Assembly (NCBI GenBank): GCA_040954595.2
Contig: CM082577.2
Coordinates: 18,884,303-18,948,302, forward strand
Length of the DNA stretch: 64,000 bases
Reading direction: 5' to 3'
Source of the DNA: Balanoglossus misakiensis
Taxonomy: Eukaryota > Animalia > Hemichordata
Below are positions 27,800 through 43,324 of this stretch, piece after piece. A model generated the notes under the pieces. The model was not told the origin of the DNA. It saw nothing but the letters and a program-made list of their open reading frames with translations, and did not search any database. A program made the position numbers and the translations under genes. The stretch's first letter is position 1. Each line of letters opens with the position of its first letter.

Positions 27800-29213
27800 T
27801 CTGGCCGATATTTTAAAACCATTAAGTTCCTAAAACTGAAAAAAAACTTCCAGTCTGTCTATCTCTAACTGAGCGTGTACTGTAGGCTGGGCCATGTTGT
27901 TGATTATATGTGGGACAAAATGGTGGTTGTATGAACAGCATGACTTTTCTCGGCTCTGATTGGCTGAGGGTTCAGTGTGATTGACAGCTGTGGAACCATG
28001 AATTGTAAGGGAGCCTTGTGCCTTTTACCAGGCACCCGCTTGCGTGAACACACCTCACATGAATGCACCCACGATCTGACATTTACGGACATGCCATGCC
28101 AGTAATACCTCTGCCTCACCTTGTCAAGTGTTTTTGTCATCCCTAAGTGACCACCTGCGTTTGCATCATGCAACCCTCCAATCACCACATTATGACACAC
28201 TTTAGGCAGAATTAATTGCCATTTCACTAAAGTCCCATCAGCCGACTCCCATCTCCTGAACAGCACACCCCTGTAGACTATCAATTGTTCATACATAGCC
28301 CAGTATGCCTTCGTGGCTGCCGAACACGGAGAGATCTCATTCCAGTCTAGTCGACTTTCCCTCCCCTCCCTAGCCTTCAAGACAACTGAAATATCAGGAT
28401 CACTAAGTTGACAATCTCTAAGCTTTTCACTGGACCAAACGACTTCCCTGGCAACAACCTCTGCCTTTGTTGCCAAGGCATTCTCCCCAATGCCCTCCGC
28501 GGTTGGCCAGTCCTGCTCATCACAGCTGCCAGGATCAAAATTTTCCCAATCACCTGGACAGCTGTCCTTGTTGTCATAGCCGTATCAAACAATCTGCAAC
28601 CCTCTACTTTGGCATTTTTGTCCTGAGAACTGTCATCTAGTCTATCGGTCCCTCCACACTCTGGTAGTTCACGGTACAACTGTTCGGACCGTACAACACT
28701 ATTTTGTCTCATCGATGGAGATTTGCATTCAAACTCTGGTGCAAGTGGATTCAACGCACCTGTACCATTAGTGGTGGTTCGTGTGCCATACCACACTGTT
28801 TGCACTCACGCACTGGTTTCCGAGATAGCGCATCAGCATTTCCATGGCGTACACCGGGACGATGGATACAGGTATAGTCAAAGCGTCTCTAACCACCTAG
28901 CCAACTGCCCCTCTGGGTTCTTGAAATTAAGCAACCACACTAATGCAGCATGGTCAGTCCTCAGTGTGAATTTCTGGCCCAGTAGGTAGTGTTTGAAGTA
29001 TTTTGTGTACTCGATTACAGCCAACAGTTCACGACGCGTTACACAGTACTTCCTTTCAGCACCCGATAGCACTCGGCCCGCATAACTAACAGGTCTCTCT
29101 GGGCCACCCTGTACTTGGCTCAACACTGCCCCTATGCCAATACCGCTAGCATCTGTATCCAGTATGAACACACCCTTTTCCATCGGAAAAGCCAAAACTG
29201 GTGCCGATGTTAG

Positions 29214-30971
29214 CAGGGTTTTACATGACGCGCATTTCTGCGTCCTTTACGCACAAAACTGGGCGTGGGACCCGTCAAAAACTAAACCATGCGTCCCTTG
29301 GGACACATGAAATATGTCTGTTGTTGACACCCTTGTTGCGCGTTTCCTGATATCTAATGGGTGTACGCGTACACAGAGAGTCAATTAAGGTAGTTGGAAA
29401 GGCTAGGGCGTCAGTTAAAATTTCATTTAAAAACACTGAATTTATATCTAGAAATGTATTAGAGAAAAATTAAACTTATGAAAAATTCGGGGCAATAAAC
29501 GTGTAACAAGATATGGCTGGTGTTATGATACCTAATTTCATACATCTGGCAAGGAAGCTAGGGAGCCTTATTTGAGCGCCCTCTTGGGGAAGACTTCTCC
29601 TAGGCGATGTGCACAAGGACTGGTTCCCCTAGCCAAGGGCATTTAAATGTAACTTGCAAACACTGATTCTTGCAATTTTCAGCGATAGATAACCTTGCTT
29701 GTTTATTAAAGGCTGCCAAATTATGGACATTTTTGCATTTCTAGGGAACCCGAAAGGCCAGCGGAAAAGCGTTTGACCCAGATAAATGCGATCCTTCGCC
29801 GTGAACTGCCGCTAAACTTTGCGTATTTCACTACTTTTCTGCCCTTCGCCGGAATGTTATGGTTTTTATTTGTGATTGAATTGGTATGCCAGATATTTTT
29901 TTTATCATGAAACTTTCAGGAAAGGCTCGGGACATCCCAAAGAACAATTTTACGGGACAGTTTTTTCATAAGTTTTCCCGTTGTGTTTTGGCAGCACGTT
30001 AAAGTTGTATACAAAATATCAACAAAAATGTGTTTTCCTGAGTGATAACTTTGAAAAAAATAAGTTTTTGCTGAAAGTGTCCCATACATTGCTGGAGGGG
30101 TTGCTTCATATTAAAATGAATACAAATTATTCAATAATTTGTGAAAACATGTCAAGATTCAATCAATATTTTGTAAAATTATGAATATTTATATTTAGGC
30201 GTATCAAATTTCATAATTTTAGCAGATATTTTTACAGTCATATTTTTCCCTCACTTTTTAGTTTGTTAAGAATACATGCTGCAAATTTCAAGTCATTATC
30301 TTTATTCAAACTTGTGAAAATAAATTCACAAACATTGAGAGAATTTGCTTCAAAAATAGCCTTTCCAAACTTGTAGCAAACTTGGTTTATTGTTGAATTT
30401 GATACAGTTTACGTACACGCAGTCACCCTCTTGGGAATTATAAGTTACACTGCGATATCACGCCTATATCGCACTTTGCTGTGTGCAAGCAGTGAACTAC
30501 CGTGACTCCTATTGCTCTGAAACCAACTCCGTCCATGAGTACCAGCAGTCTTAGTTTTGTTGAAAACCCTGAACTTAAACTTTAAATATAGATTCAGCTG
30601 CAAATTTCTCGAATAAGACTTTAAGAAGACCAAGTTGAGTGTACATGTACTGGTATTCTCCATATTATATGCTTTAGGTCAAAGGGTCACTCATAAGGTG
30701 ATGTTCAAGATGGGACCCCTAGCCATACTACAGTTGATCTTGGAATTACTCCCTATATCTTGTAGACAATATCATTTTATGATTTGGATTGGTATTGATT
30801 CTTACAACCGTTGCCCATTCACAGAAGGATTTTCTAATTTCCAGCATTGATAAAATGATAAAATATTCTGGTGAAATAAATTGGGACCCCCATGGTTTGA
30901 TGTAGGACCCCCATTTTTCAACATTAGGAGTCCCAGGGACTCCCAAAAGTAAAAAGTGATGTAAAACCCTG
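29214..30971. mobile_element. 1758-bp non-autonomous DNA transposon with 13-bp TIR and 6-bp TSD
   Basis: TIR CAGGGTTTTACAT at both ends. TGTTAG duplicated (29208-29213, 30972-30977). Empty site at 37678 and 51666. Subterminal GGGAC(C) motifs. Confidence 0.9.
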
Positions 30972-32935
30972 TGTTAGTCTTGCCTTGAGAGGATCAAATG
31001 CGTTTTGACAATTCTCTGTCCAAGCAAATACAGAATCTTTCTTTGTTAAGTCATGAAGAGGACGGGCCAATTCAGCAAACCCCTGTACAAAGCGTCTGTA
31101 GTATGACGCCAGCCCCAAGAAGCTTCTTACTTCTGTGACTGTCTCAGGAATCGGCCAGTCTCTAATAGCCTTGACCTTTCCTGGATCAGTAGCAACCCCT
31201 TCCCGAGAAACACGATGCCCCAAAAACTCAACACTGCGTGCAAAAAGCACACACTTACTCGGCTTTAATTTGAGATTTGAAGTACGAAGACTTTCAAATA
31301 CCTTGCACAACCTTTCCAACTCTTCATCAAATGATCTGCCAAATATTATGATGTCATCTAGATACAAAAGCGGTATTTCCCACTGCATACCGGTAAAGAC
31401 GCGCTCCATCAGACGTTCAAATGTACTAGGGGCATTACACAACCCAAACGGGAGCACCCTCCACTGATAGAGTCCACTGCGCGTGACAAATGCGTTCTTT
31501 ACTTTAGATCCCTCGTCCAGTTCTACCTGCCAATACCCTGCTTGGAGGTCTAGCGTAGAAAACCATTCCGACCCGTACAACGCATCTAAAGAATCGTTTA
31601 TTCGTGGTATAGGGTAGGCATCTTTAATTGACACAGCGTTCAATTTTCTATAATCAACGCACAATCTTTGTGACCCATCTTTCTTACTATTAAGTACACA
31701 CGGGGCTGCCCATGGACTAGTTGATTCTTCTATCAAACCCCGCTGTAACAAGTCAGAAACCTGTCGTTCTATTTCTTCCCGTTTCCATACCGGAGTTCGA
31801 TATGCGGGTTGCCTTACTGGCGTGGCATTATTGGTTTCAATTTTATGCCGAATGATCCCAGTTTTACCAATATCATGATCTCCCTGACTAAACACATCAT
31901 GGTACAGTGTCAACATCTTTGAAACCCTTTCTTGTTGGTAAACTGATCAATTTTTGCAACTTCTTGTGTATAAATCCACTACATGACCTGGAAGAGGAAC
32001 ATTGCTCCCAGGGCAGGCTTTTGCCTCTTCAGTGCCAGAGGGCGCTCTATCACTGTCATTACCCCAAGATTCAACTGCACACTGATCGGCTCGGAGTAAC
32101 TCACAACAGTACCAGCCCTCACATGTACAGGTTCAACACTAGCATTGAGAACTCTAACTGGTAAATGGGTAGATCTCGTGGTCACTAAAGCTTTACATGT
32201 CATAATGCCTTGCTCCAGCAATTTACCCCCTTGTACTGGTAACACAGCCGCTGTAAGACAAGTATCCGGGGAAGACTTATCTGTTCTCCCCACCCAGGTC
32301 GAATGAATTCTCATTCCCTGTGCACACCCACTTCCAACCTTTGCTGGTCCCACAAACCAAGGTTCACTGGCGATGGGAGTCTTACACATTTTAGCCGGAA
32401 TAATCATTTCATGTCCAGGGGGAACAAAAACGTCTCCCGCTACCTTTACACGACAAATGAACGGTTTCATTGTACCAGTGTTACTACATTTCAACCGTTC
32501 CCCTTTAATGACTAGCTCCCCTGTCCCTGTATCAATAATACACCCAATTGAATGTAGAAAGCTCATACCAATAATGCCATCAGAGCATAGTTCAGCTACT
32601 AATACCGGAGAGATAGCCCTAGCCCCACCCAAGCAGATATCTAGGTTAACAACTCCACTAACCATAAGTGGTGTACCATCAGCTTGGTTCACCTTTACAT
32701 TTATTGGTTGCAATGCACCGTGAACTCCCACTGAAATTTTCCTATACATTTCTTCTGATATCACCATATCAGTTGCTCCCGTATCAACCAGAAAATTCCC
32801 CGATACACCACCGGCAGAGGCCTGTATGTACATACTTCTGACACTTGTATTGTTATTAGCCGGTTGAATTTCCCTAATATTTCCAGTAGTCTGCACACAC
32901 TGATCAACTGCCTCCCCTTTGGGTCCATACTGGTT

Positions 32936-32980
32936 GGCTGAGGGTTGACCCGACTTCCGCTCAGCCCCTAATCGTTTCCC
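32936..32980 (-). promoter_or_regulatory. Candidate -1 ribosomal frameshift signal between gag and pol (also at 39642-39686 and 53770-53814)
   Basis: G-GGA-AAC heptamer just before the gag stop, 7-nt spacer, stem GGCUGAG/CUCAGCC. The -1 frame is open into the protease ORF. Confidence 0.75.
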
Positions 32981-34917
32981 GAAACCTTGGGTCGGGTGGG
33001 ACAGTCCCGCTTCAGATGCCCTGATTCATTACAGTGCCAACACAAATGGCCACCAGAGGGCGCACCACTCTGAGCTTGTCCAGATGGGTTTTTTATACTA
33101 GTGTTGACAACACGGGCCTTAACCTTTTGGTCAAGTTCAGCTAATTTGTCGGTGATCAAATCAACTTTGTTTGCTATCACCCCTATCACTGACTCCAGAG
33201 TCTGAGCCATTTTTGCGTCACCCGCTTCAATACCTCTCACTTGTTTACCCAACCCTTTATTGGTTTCAGGGCCACGGCTTTTCTCTAATAACTGAAAATT
33301 CTCTTCCCAAACTGTAGCCTGTATAACGTCGTCAAGTGTGGCACTGGGGGTCCTACCCGCTTCATTAACACGCCTACGCATAGCAGAATCAGTCAATGAA
33401 TTGAAAAATGCGTCTATACATAGCCGTTCGAATATGTGACCTTTGGCATCAGGGTACCCAAGTGTTACCATTTCCCTGATATCCTGTCCAAGCCCACTTA
33501 GAGACTCGCTGGGCTGGAGTACTCTTTGTCTTAATTTTAAACGATAGGTGTCTTCCTGTCTCCCAAAACCAAATCTATGATCTAGTAGTTTGCACAGTTT
33601 CTGGTATGTCAATGACTTTCTGTCAATTGATGTTAACAGCCGCTGGGCTGCCCCATACAACATGGCTTGGAGATACTTCAACTTTTCAACCTCTCTCCAC
33701 TCATTTATTTCCGCATAAATTTCAAAGTGTGCGAAATAATCATGCCATGCAAGCGATCCATCATACTTATCAGGCTTAAGTATGGACCCGTGTTTACCTG
33801 TACATGATTTGCTATAGATCCTTCACTACGCACGGCGATATACCGCAGTGCAAAATCGGTCAGTCAATAGTTAAATCACTTCACTGGAGAACACACAATT
33901 TCCATCCTCCTGAACCAAATACCTAGAAAACCCTAGCTAAACCTTGGAATCGAATTTCCTAACAGACTATCGTTGTTTCCCGTTCCGGCAGATAATTGTT
34001 TTGCTACCGTGTAGAGCGGGTAGATGAATCCACCCACATAAGGAGTATGCCCCCGGCCCTACGCGGTTTGTGCAACGTGCCGGATCGAACAACAACGACG
34101 TCTACCCAGTATGCAAGATGGCTACAATATGGTGCCAAAACGCATACACTCGCCTACACTAACAGAGTTACTTACAGCAGATCTGGAAACCGATGCGTTC
34201 ACCATGCAGTACAACTATCCCAACCGCTGCACACCAATGTTGTAGTTTTCTCAGCGTAGCTAGATTTCTCGTCGTGGACCCGGTAATGGTAGCGTCGCCC
34301 ACGATGAAATCCTCCCGTACACTTCGACTGGACTACCAACCACCTCGACAGGGTCGGATCGCTTGGAATAGTTGTCAGTGAACACCCTCTCACATGTACA
34401 TTGACTCAGCGCAACACAAGCCGGAACAATTAACAAGAACAACGGATTTATGTGTATTTCGACTGTGTTACAAACTTTCACGTCTGCCCAGTTCGGAGGT
34501 GGAAACCCAAGAGAGCGAGAATGAGGTGAATCCTCAGCAAAAGTAGCCCGCCCCAACTATTACCCAATCAGCACGAATGTGAAGTTCACGTGATATAGTC
34601 CGGCCAATCACAGTTCCAGCCTACTTCCTGAGGCTCAAGCAGCGGTAACTTTGCAAGGTTTTCCATGACATTATTGTGATATATAGGTGAGAAATATATT
34701 GGAAAATGTCTTCATTACAAAAATATGTCGTGAAATTATTGACTAGCAAGAACCATGTGTATATGTATGGCCAAGGGGAAATTTTTAACTTCTAGTTCTA
34801 AACATTAACGTTATTGCGCAGGCTACTGTAACCACAGTCAAATAATACATACAATTTTCTGTTGCACCAGTGCTTTGACCTTACAGTAATTAATTACTAC
34901 TACACAGGTCAGGAACA

Positions 34918-35082
34918 CTAATTTGCATATCAATGGCGTCAGGGGGCGCACGCTCACAATCGTGCAGATTTTCAACTAGTTACCAGCCCCTTGTTAGACT
35001 CTGAAAACGGCTTAGTCCAAATCGAGGTGTAATGTCCTGCAAAGGCCCATAGCAACGGGCAAAAAGATCCCGGGGACCCATC
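34918..35082. mobile_element. Right-end remnant of TTAA TIR element insertion 2
   Basis: Matches about 26459-26623. Left part removed by deletion. Confidence 0.85.
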
Positions 35083-35806
35083 TTAAAGCAATAGGTACAT
35101 TTTAAGTAAATAGTACCTATTTAGTCCGGGAAAGTATACCTTAGGTATATTTCTAGTGTACTAGAATTTCGTAAGGGTGTTCCTGCACACCACCCTATTG
35201 CTGCACAATTCCTGCACAGGCTACCCTATTGCTGCACAGTTCCTGCACACAGGCCATCTTACTACTGCACAGTTCTTGCAGACTGTCCTATTCCTGCACA
35301 GTTACCGCTTGCCTTGTTCCTGCACTAGTGCAGCAACACCTCATTTGCATGTGAAAAAGTCGCCTTGCAGCAGAGCTGCAGCAACTTTCTATTGCACCGG
35401 TGCTGCAACCTTGTGGTATTGCTACTGCACCAGTGCAGCAACACTGTGCAGGAGGCCTTAAATTTTCATAAGGGCTATAGGTATGCACATAATTAATGAT
35501 GTTTGAATATGATACTAGAAATGTACAGTACACTGATACACTGATCAGCTGACCTTTTGTTTACGCATACGCCATTGCTCCGTTCTCGATCTGTCTCCGA
35601 GTCTGAATTTTTCGCACCTATAGATTTTAAAGATTTTTGAAGTCTGCAAATTCACTGGCATTGACAAAACTATAACATAATAAGTATAATGTACGCCCCA
35701 TAATGTACTCGGCATTCGCCTCGCACATTATTTTGCACAATGTGTGCTTTCGTCCATTATGGGTCTTCGGGGCGTACATTATTCTCTAACCAATGATCAT
35801 TGCTCA

Positions 35807-35965
<159 letters not shown>

Positions 35966-36126
35966 CTTAAAATACCATGGAAGCATAGAACAATTAATGA
36001 ACTCACTGTGTTGTAATGTCCATTTTCTCTTTTGGTGATTTTTTTATCAAAGTGTCACACACCCCAGCATGCAAGAAATTTCTCAATATATATACTGCTA
36101 TCGCAGCAAAACATACCACTACTTTT

Positions 36127-36257
36127 AATATCCACCACCTGAGACACCTCTCTCTGTGCGTTTTTGGCTTCGGAAACGAAGCAAAAAATATACTCGATGT
36201 TGGGTCAAGGTACCTTTCATCCGATTTACACGTCCCCCAGGCGCATCTCTTCACTAT
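36127..36257 (-). pseudogene. THAP fragment, copy 2
   Basis: Copy of 27669-27799. Confidence 0.72.
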
Positions 36258-36457
36258 TCTGGCCGATATTTTAAAACCATTAAGTTCCTAAAACTGAAAA
36301 AAAACTTCCAGTCTGTCTATCTCTAACTGAGCGTGTACTGTAGGCTGGGCCATGTTGTTGATTATATGTGGGACAAAATGGCGGTTGTATGAACAGCATG
36401 ACTTTTCTCGGCTCTGATTGGCTGAGGGTTCAGTGTGATTGACAGCTGTGGAACCAT

Positions 36458-39400
36458 GAATTGTAAGGGAGCCTTGTGCCTTTTACCAGGCACCTGCTTG
36501 CGTGAACACACCTCACATGAATGCACCCACGATTTGACATTTACGGACATGCCATGCCAGTAATACCTCTGCCTCACCTTGTCAAGTGTTTTTGTCATCC
36601 CTAAGTGACCACCTGCGTTTGCATCATGCAACCCTCCAATCACCACATTATGACACACTTTAGGCAGAATTAATTGCCATTTCACTAAAGTCCCATCAGC
36701 CGACTCCCATCTCCTGAACAGCACACCCCTGTAGACTATCAATTGTTCATACATAGCCCAGTATGCCGTCGTGGCTGCCCAACACGGAGAGATCTCATTC
36801 CAGTCTAGTCGACTTTCCCTCCCCTCCCTAGCCTTCAAGACAACTGAAATATCAGGATCACTAAGTTGACAATCTCTAAGCTTTTCACTGGACCAAACGA
36901 CTTCCCTGGCAACAACCTCTGCCATTGTTGCCAAGGCATTCTCCCCAATGCCCTCCGCGGTTGGCCAGTCCTGCTCATCACAGCTGCCAGGATCAAAATT
37001 TTCCCAATCACCTGGACAGCTGTCCTTGTTGTCATAGCTGTATCAAACAATCTGCAACCCTCTACTTTGGCATTTTTGTCCTGAGAACTGTCATCTAGTC
37101 TATCGGTCCCTCCACACTCTGGCAGTTCACGGTACAACTGTTCGGACCGTACAACACTATTTTGTCTCATCGATGGAGATTTGCATTCAAACTCTGGTGC
37201 AAGTGGATTCAACGCACCTGTACCATTAGTGGTGGTTGGTTCGTGTGCCATACCACACTGTTTGCACTCACGCACTGGTTTCCGAGATAGCGCATCAGCA
37301 TTTCCATGGCGTACACCGGGACGATGGATACAGGTATAGTCAAAGCGACCGAGCGTCTCTAACCACCTAGCCAACTGCCCCTCTGGGTTCTTGAAATTAA
37401 GCAACCACACTAATGCAGCATGGTCAGTCCTCAGTGTGAATTTCTGGCCCAGTAAGTAGTGTTTGAAGTATTTTGTGTACTCGATTACAGCCAACAGTTC
37501 ACGACGCGTTACACAGTACTTCCTTTCAGCACCCGATAGCACTCGGCCCGCATAACTAACAGGTCTCTCTGGGCCACCCTGTACTTGGCTCAACACTGCC
37601 CCTATGCCAATACCGCTAGCATCTGTATCCAGTATGAACACACCCTTTTCCATCGGAAAAGCCAAAACTGGTGCTGATGTTAGTCTTGCCTTGAGCTGAT
37701 CAAATGCGTTTTGACAATTCTCTGTCCAAGCAAATACAGAATCTTTCTTTGTTAAGTCATGAAGAGGACGGGCCAATTCAGCAAACCCCTGTACAAAGCG
37801 TCTGTAGTATGACGCCAGCCCCAAGAAGCTTCTTACTTCTGTGACTGTCTCAGGAATCGGCCAGTCTCTAATAGCCTTGACCTTTCCTGGATCAGTAGTA
37901 ACCCCTTCCCGAGAAACACGATGCCCCAAAAACTCAACACTGCGTGCAAAAAGCACACACTTACTCGGCTTTAATTTGAGATTTGAAGTACGAAGACGTT
38001 CAAATACCTTGCACAACCTTTCCAACTCTTCATCAAATGATCTGCCAAATATTATGATGTCATCTAGATACAAAAGCAGTATTTCCCACTGCATACCGGT
38101 AAAGACGCGCTCCATCAGACGTTCAAATGTACTAGGGGCATTACACAACCCAAACGGGAGCACCCTCCACTGATAGAGTCCACTGCGCGTGACAAATGCG
38201 TTCTTTACTTTAGATCCCTCGTCCAGTTCTACCTGCCAATACCCTGCTTGGAGGTCTAGCGTAGAAAACCATTCCGACCCGTACAACGCATCTAAAGAAT
38301 CGTTTATTCGTGGTATAGGGTAGGCATCTTTAATTGACACAGCGTTCAATTTTCTATAATCAACGCACAATCTTTGTGACCCATCTTTCTTACTAACAAG
38401 TACACACAGGGCTGCCCATGGACTAGTTGATTCTTCTATCAAACCCCGCTGTAACAAGTCAGAAACCTGTCGTTCTATTTCTTCCCGTTTCCATACCGGA
38501 GTTCGATATGCGGGTTGCCTTACTGGCGTGGCATTATTGGTTTCAATTTTATGTCGAATGATCCCAGTTTTACCAATATCATGATCTCCCTGACTAAACA
38601 CATCATGGTACAGTGTCAACATCTTTGAAACCCTTTCTTGTTGGTAAACTGATCAATTTTTGCAACTTCTTGTGTATAAATCCACTACATGACCTGGAAG
38701 AGGAACATTGCTCCCAGGGCAGGCTTTTGCCTCTTCAGTGCCAGAGGGCGCTCTATCACTGTCATTACCCCAAGATTCAACTGCACACTGATCGGCTCGG
38801 AGTAACTCACAACAGTACCAGCCCTCACATGTACAGGTTCAACACTAGCATTGAGAACTCTAACTGGTAAATGGGTAGATCTCGTGGTCACTAAAGCTTT
38901 ACATGTCATAATGCCTTGCTCCAGCAATTTACCCCCTTGTACTGGTAACACAACCGCTGTAAGACAAGTATCCGGGGAAGACTTATCAGTTCTCCCCACC
39001 CAGGTCGAATGAATTCTCATTCCCTGTGCACACCCACTTCCAACCTTTGCTGGTCCCGCAAACCAAGGTTCACTGGCGATGGGAGTCTTACACATTTTAG
39101 CCGGAATAATCATTTCATGTCCAGGGGGAACAAAAACGTCTCCCGCTACCTTTACACGACAAATGAACGGTTTCATTGTACCAGTGTTACTACATTTCAA
39201 CCGTTCCCCTTTAATGACTAGCTCCCCTGTCCCTGTATCAATAATACACCCAATTGAATGTAGAAAGCTCATACCAATAATGCCATCAGAGCATAGTTCA
39301 GCTACTAATACCGGAGAGATAGCCCTAGCCCCACCCAAGCAGATATCTAGGTTAACAACTCCACTAACCATAAGTGGTGTACCATCAGCTTGGTTCACCT

Positions 39401-41376
39401 TTACATTTATTGGTTGCAATGCACCGTGAACTCCCACTGAAATTTTCCTATACATTTCTTCTGATATCACCATATCAGTTGCTCCCGTATCAACCAGAAA
39501 ATTCCCCGATACACCACCGGCAGAGGCCTGTATGTACATACTTCTGACACTTGTATTGTTATTAGCCGGTTGAATTTCCCTAATATTTCCAGTAGTCTGC
39601 ACACACTGATCAACTGCCTCCCCTTTGGGTCCATACTGGTTGGCTGAGGGTTGACCCGACTTCCGCTCAGCCCCTAATCGTTTCCCGAAACCTTGGGTCG
39701 GGTGGGACAGTCCCGCTTCAGATGCCCTGATTCATTACAGTGCCAACACAAATGGCCACCAGAGGGCGCACCACTCTGAGCTTGTCCAGATGGGTTTTTT
39801 ATACTAGTGTTGACAACACGGGCCTTAACCTTTTGGTCAAGTTCAGCTAATTTGTCGGTGATCAAATCAACTTTGTTTGCTATCACCCCTATCACTGACT
39901 CCAGAGTCTGAGCCATTTTTGCGTCACCCGCTTCAATACCTCTCACTTGTTTACCCAACCCTTTATTGGTTTCAGGGCCACGGCTTTTCTCTAATAACTG
40001 AAAATTCTCTTCCCAAACTGTAGCCTGTATAACGTCGTCAAGTGTGGCACTGGGGGTCCTACCCGCTTCATTAACACGCCTACGCATAGCAGAATCAGTC
40101 AATGAATTGAAAAATGCGTCTATACATAGCCGTTCGAATATGTGACCTTTGGCATCAGGGTACCCAAGTGTTACCATTTCCCTGATATCCTGTCCAAGCC
40201 CACTTAGAGACTCGCTGGGCTTGAGTACTCTTTGTCTTAATTTTAAACGATAGGTGTCTTCCTGTCTCCCAAAACCAAATCTATGATCTAGTAGTTTGCA
40301 CAGTTTCTGGTATGTCAATGACTTTCTGTCAATTGATGTTAACAGCCGCTGGGCTGCCCCATACAACATGGCTTGGAGATACTTCAACTTTTCAACCTCT
40401 CTCCACTCATTTATTTCCGCATAAATTTCAAAGTGTGCGAAATAATCATGCCATGCAAGCGATCCATCATACTTATCAGGCTTAAGTATGGACCCGTGTT
40501 TACCTGTACATGATTTGCTATAGATCCTTCACTACGCACGGCGATATACCGCAGTGCAAAATCGGTCAGTCAATAGTTAAATCACTTCACTGGAGAACAC
40601 ACAATTTCCATCCTCCTGAACCAAATACCTAGAAAACCCTAGCTAAACCTTGGAATCGACTTTCCTAACAGACTATCGTTGTTTCCCGTTCAGGCAGATA
40701 ATTGTTTTGCTACCGTGTAGAGCGGGTAGATGAATCCACCCACATAAGGAGTATGCCCCCGGCCCTACGCGGTTTGTGCAACGTGCCGGATCGAACAACA
40801 ACGACGTCTACCCAGTATGCAAGATGGCTACAATATGGTGCCAAAACGCATACACATGCCTACACTAACAGAGTTACTTACAGCAGATCTGGAAACCGAT
40901 GCGTTCACCATGCAGTACAACTATCCCAACCGCTGCACACCAATGTTGTAGTTTTCTCAGCGTAGCTAGATTTCTCGTCGTGGACCCGGTAATGGTAGCA
41001 TCGCCCACAATGAAATCCTCCCGTACACTTCGACTGGACTACCAACCACCTCGACAGGGTCGGATCGCTTGGAATAGTTGTCAGTGAACACCCTCTCACA
41101 TGTACATTGACTCAGCGCAACACAAGCCGGAACGATTAACAAGAACAACGGAATTATGTGTATTTCGACTGTGTTACAAACTTTCACGTCTGCCCAGTTC
41201 GGAGGTGGAAACCCAAGAGAGCGAGAATGAGGTGAATCCTCAGCAAAAATAGCCTGCCCCAACTATTACCCAATCAGCACGAATGTGAAGTTCACGTGAT
41301 ATAGTCCGGCCAATCACAGTTCCAGCCTACTTCCTGAGGCTCAAGCAGCGGTAACTTTGCAAGGTTTTCCATGACA
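36458..41376 (-). mobile_element. Gypsy A copy 3 (LTR 40944-41376), RT-RNase H frame open at 36835-38622
   Basis: Same junctions as copy 2, without the 1758-bp insertion. Confidence 0.95.
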
Positions 41377-42666
41377 TTATTGTGATATATAGGTGAGAAA
41401 TATATTGGAAAATGTCTTCATTACAAAAATATGTCGTGAAATTATTGACTAGCAAGAACCATGTGTATATGTATGGCCAAGGGGAAATTTTTAACTTCTA
41501 GTTCTGAACATTAACGTTATTGCGCAGGCTACTGTAACCACAGTCAAATAATACATACAATTTTCTGTTGCACCAGTGCTTTGACCTTACAGTAATTAAT
41601 TACTACTACACAGGTCAGGAACACTGAGAAGGCGGCCTTAAATTATGCATTTGGTATTGGTACATTTCGGATATATCTAAATTGTACCAATTTTAGTCTA
41701 GAAAATTGTATACCTTAGGTAGCTTTTGTTTTCAAACAAATGGTTCATTAGGTATACCTAAATTATGGTTCATTGGGTATACCTATTTATGGCAAAACGA
41801 CCAAATCCAAGATTTTTTTTCCAACCGAATGAGGCATTTGAGGAATACCTAAATAGTACCTTTTCAATCGAAAAAGTATACTTTTGAAATACCAATTGGT
41901 AAATTTAAAGACCAAATCTGGACTACCTAAGGTAGCCCCCTTTTTTAAAGCAATAGGTACATTTTAAGTATACCTAAATAGTACCTATTTAGTCCGGGAA
42001 AGTATACCTAAGGTATATTTCTAGTGTACCAGAATTTCGTAAGGGTGTTCCTGCACACCACCCTATTGCTGCACAGTTCCTGCACAGGCCACCCTATTGC
42101 TGCACAGTTCCTGCACACAGGCCATCTTACTACTGCACAGTTCTTGCAGACTGTCCTATTCCTGCACAGTTACCGCTTGCCTTGTTCCTGCACTAGTGCA
42201 GCAACACCTCATTTGCATGCGAAAAAGTCGCCTTGCAGCAGAGCTGCAGCAACTTTCTATTGCACCGGTGCTGCAACATTGTGGTATTGCTACTGCACCA
42301 GTGCAGCAACACTGTGCAGGAGGCCTTAAATTTTCATAAGGGCTATAGGTATGCACATAATTAATGATGTTTGAATATGATACTAGAAATGTACAGTACA
42401 CTGATCAGCTGACCTTTTGTTTACGCATACGCCATTGCTCCGTTCTCGATCTGTCTCCGAGTCTGAATTTTTCGCACCTATAGATTTTAAAGATTTTTGA
42501 AGTCTGCAAATTCACTGGCATTGACAAAACTATAACATAATAAGTATAATGTACGCCCCATAATGTACTCGGCATTCGCCTCGCACATTATGTTGCACAA
42601 TGTGTGCTTTCGTCCATTATGGGTCTTCGGGGCGTACATTATTCTCTAACCAATGATCATTGCTCA

Positions 42667-43145
<479 letters not shown>

Positions 43146-43324
43146 CTGTTGAGGGTAAAGTAGAGAACACAAGTGATTTGGCTTACAGACTGACCAACAC
43201 AGACGTGGACAAGGGTGTTATGTCCATGAAAATCTACCTAAATATGTACATTCACAATGGCAGAATTCATGAATGTTCCTGCAAACATCTTCAAAGAGCT
43301 ACCTTGACTACCCAGTGACATTAA

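Larger units (their letters stand above)
28000..34670 (-). mobile_element. Gypsy A copy 2: 5' LTR (34238-34670), gag, protease, RT, RNase H, integrase zinc finger; 3' truncated
   Basis: CWHCNESGHLKRDC, VDTGA, YLDD, DTDASG, H..GHLG..CEVC. Ends abruptly after KAPLQ. Confidence 0.95.

Noticed and set aside
39674-40387. Domesticated gag (Arc/PNMA-like) gene
   Set aside because: The ORF starts at TTG, its upstream frame hits a stop, and it sits in a recently duplicated dead element. No sign of selection.
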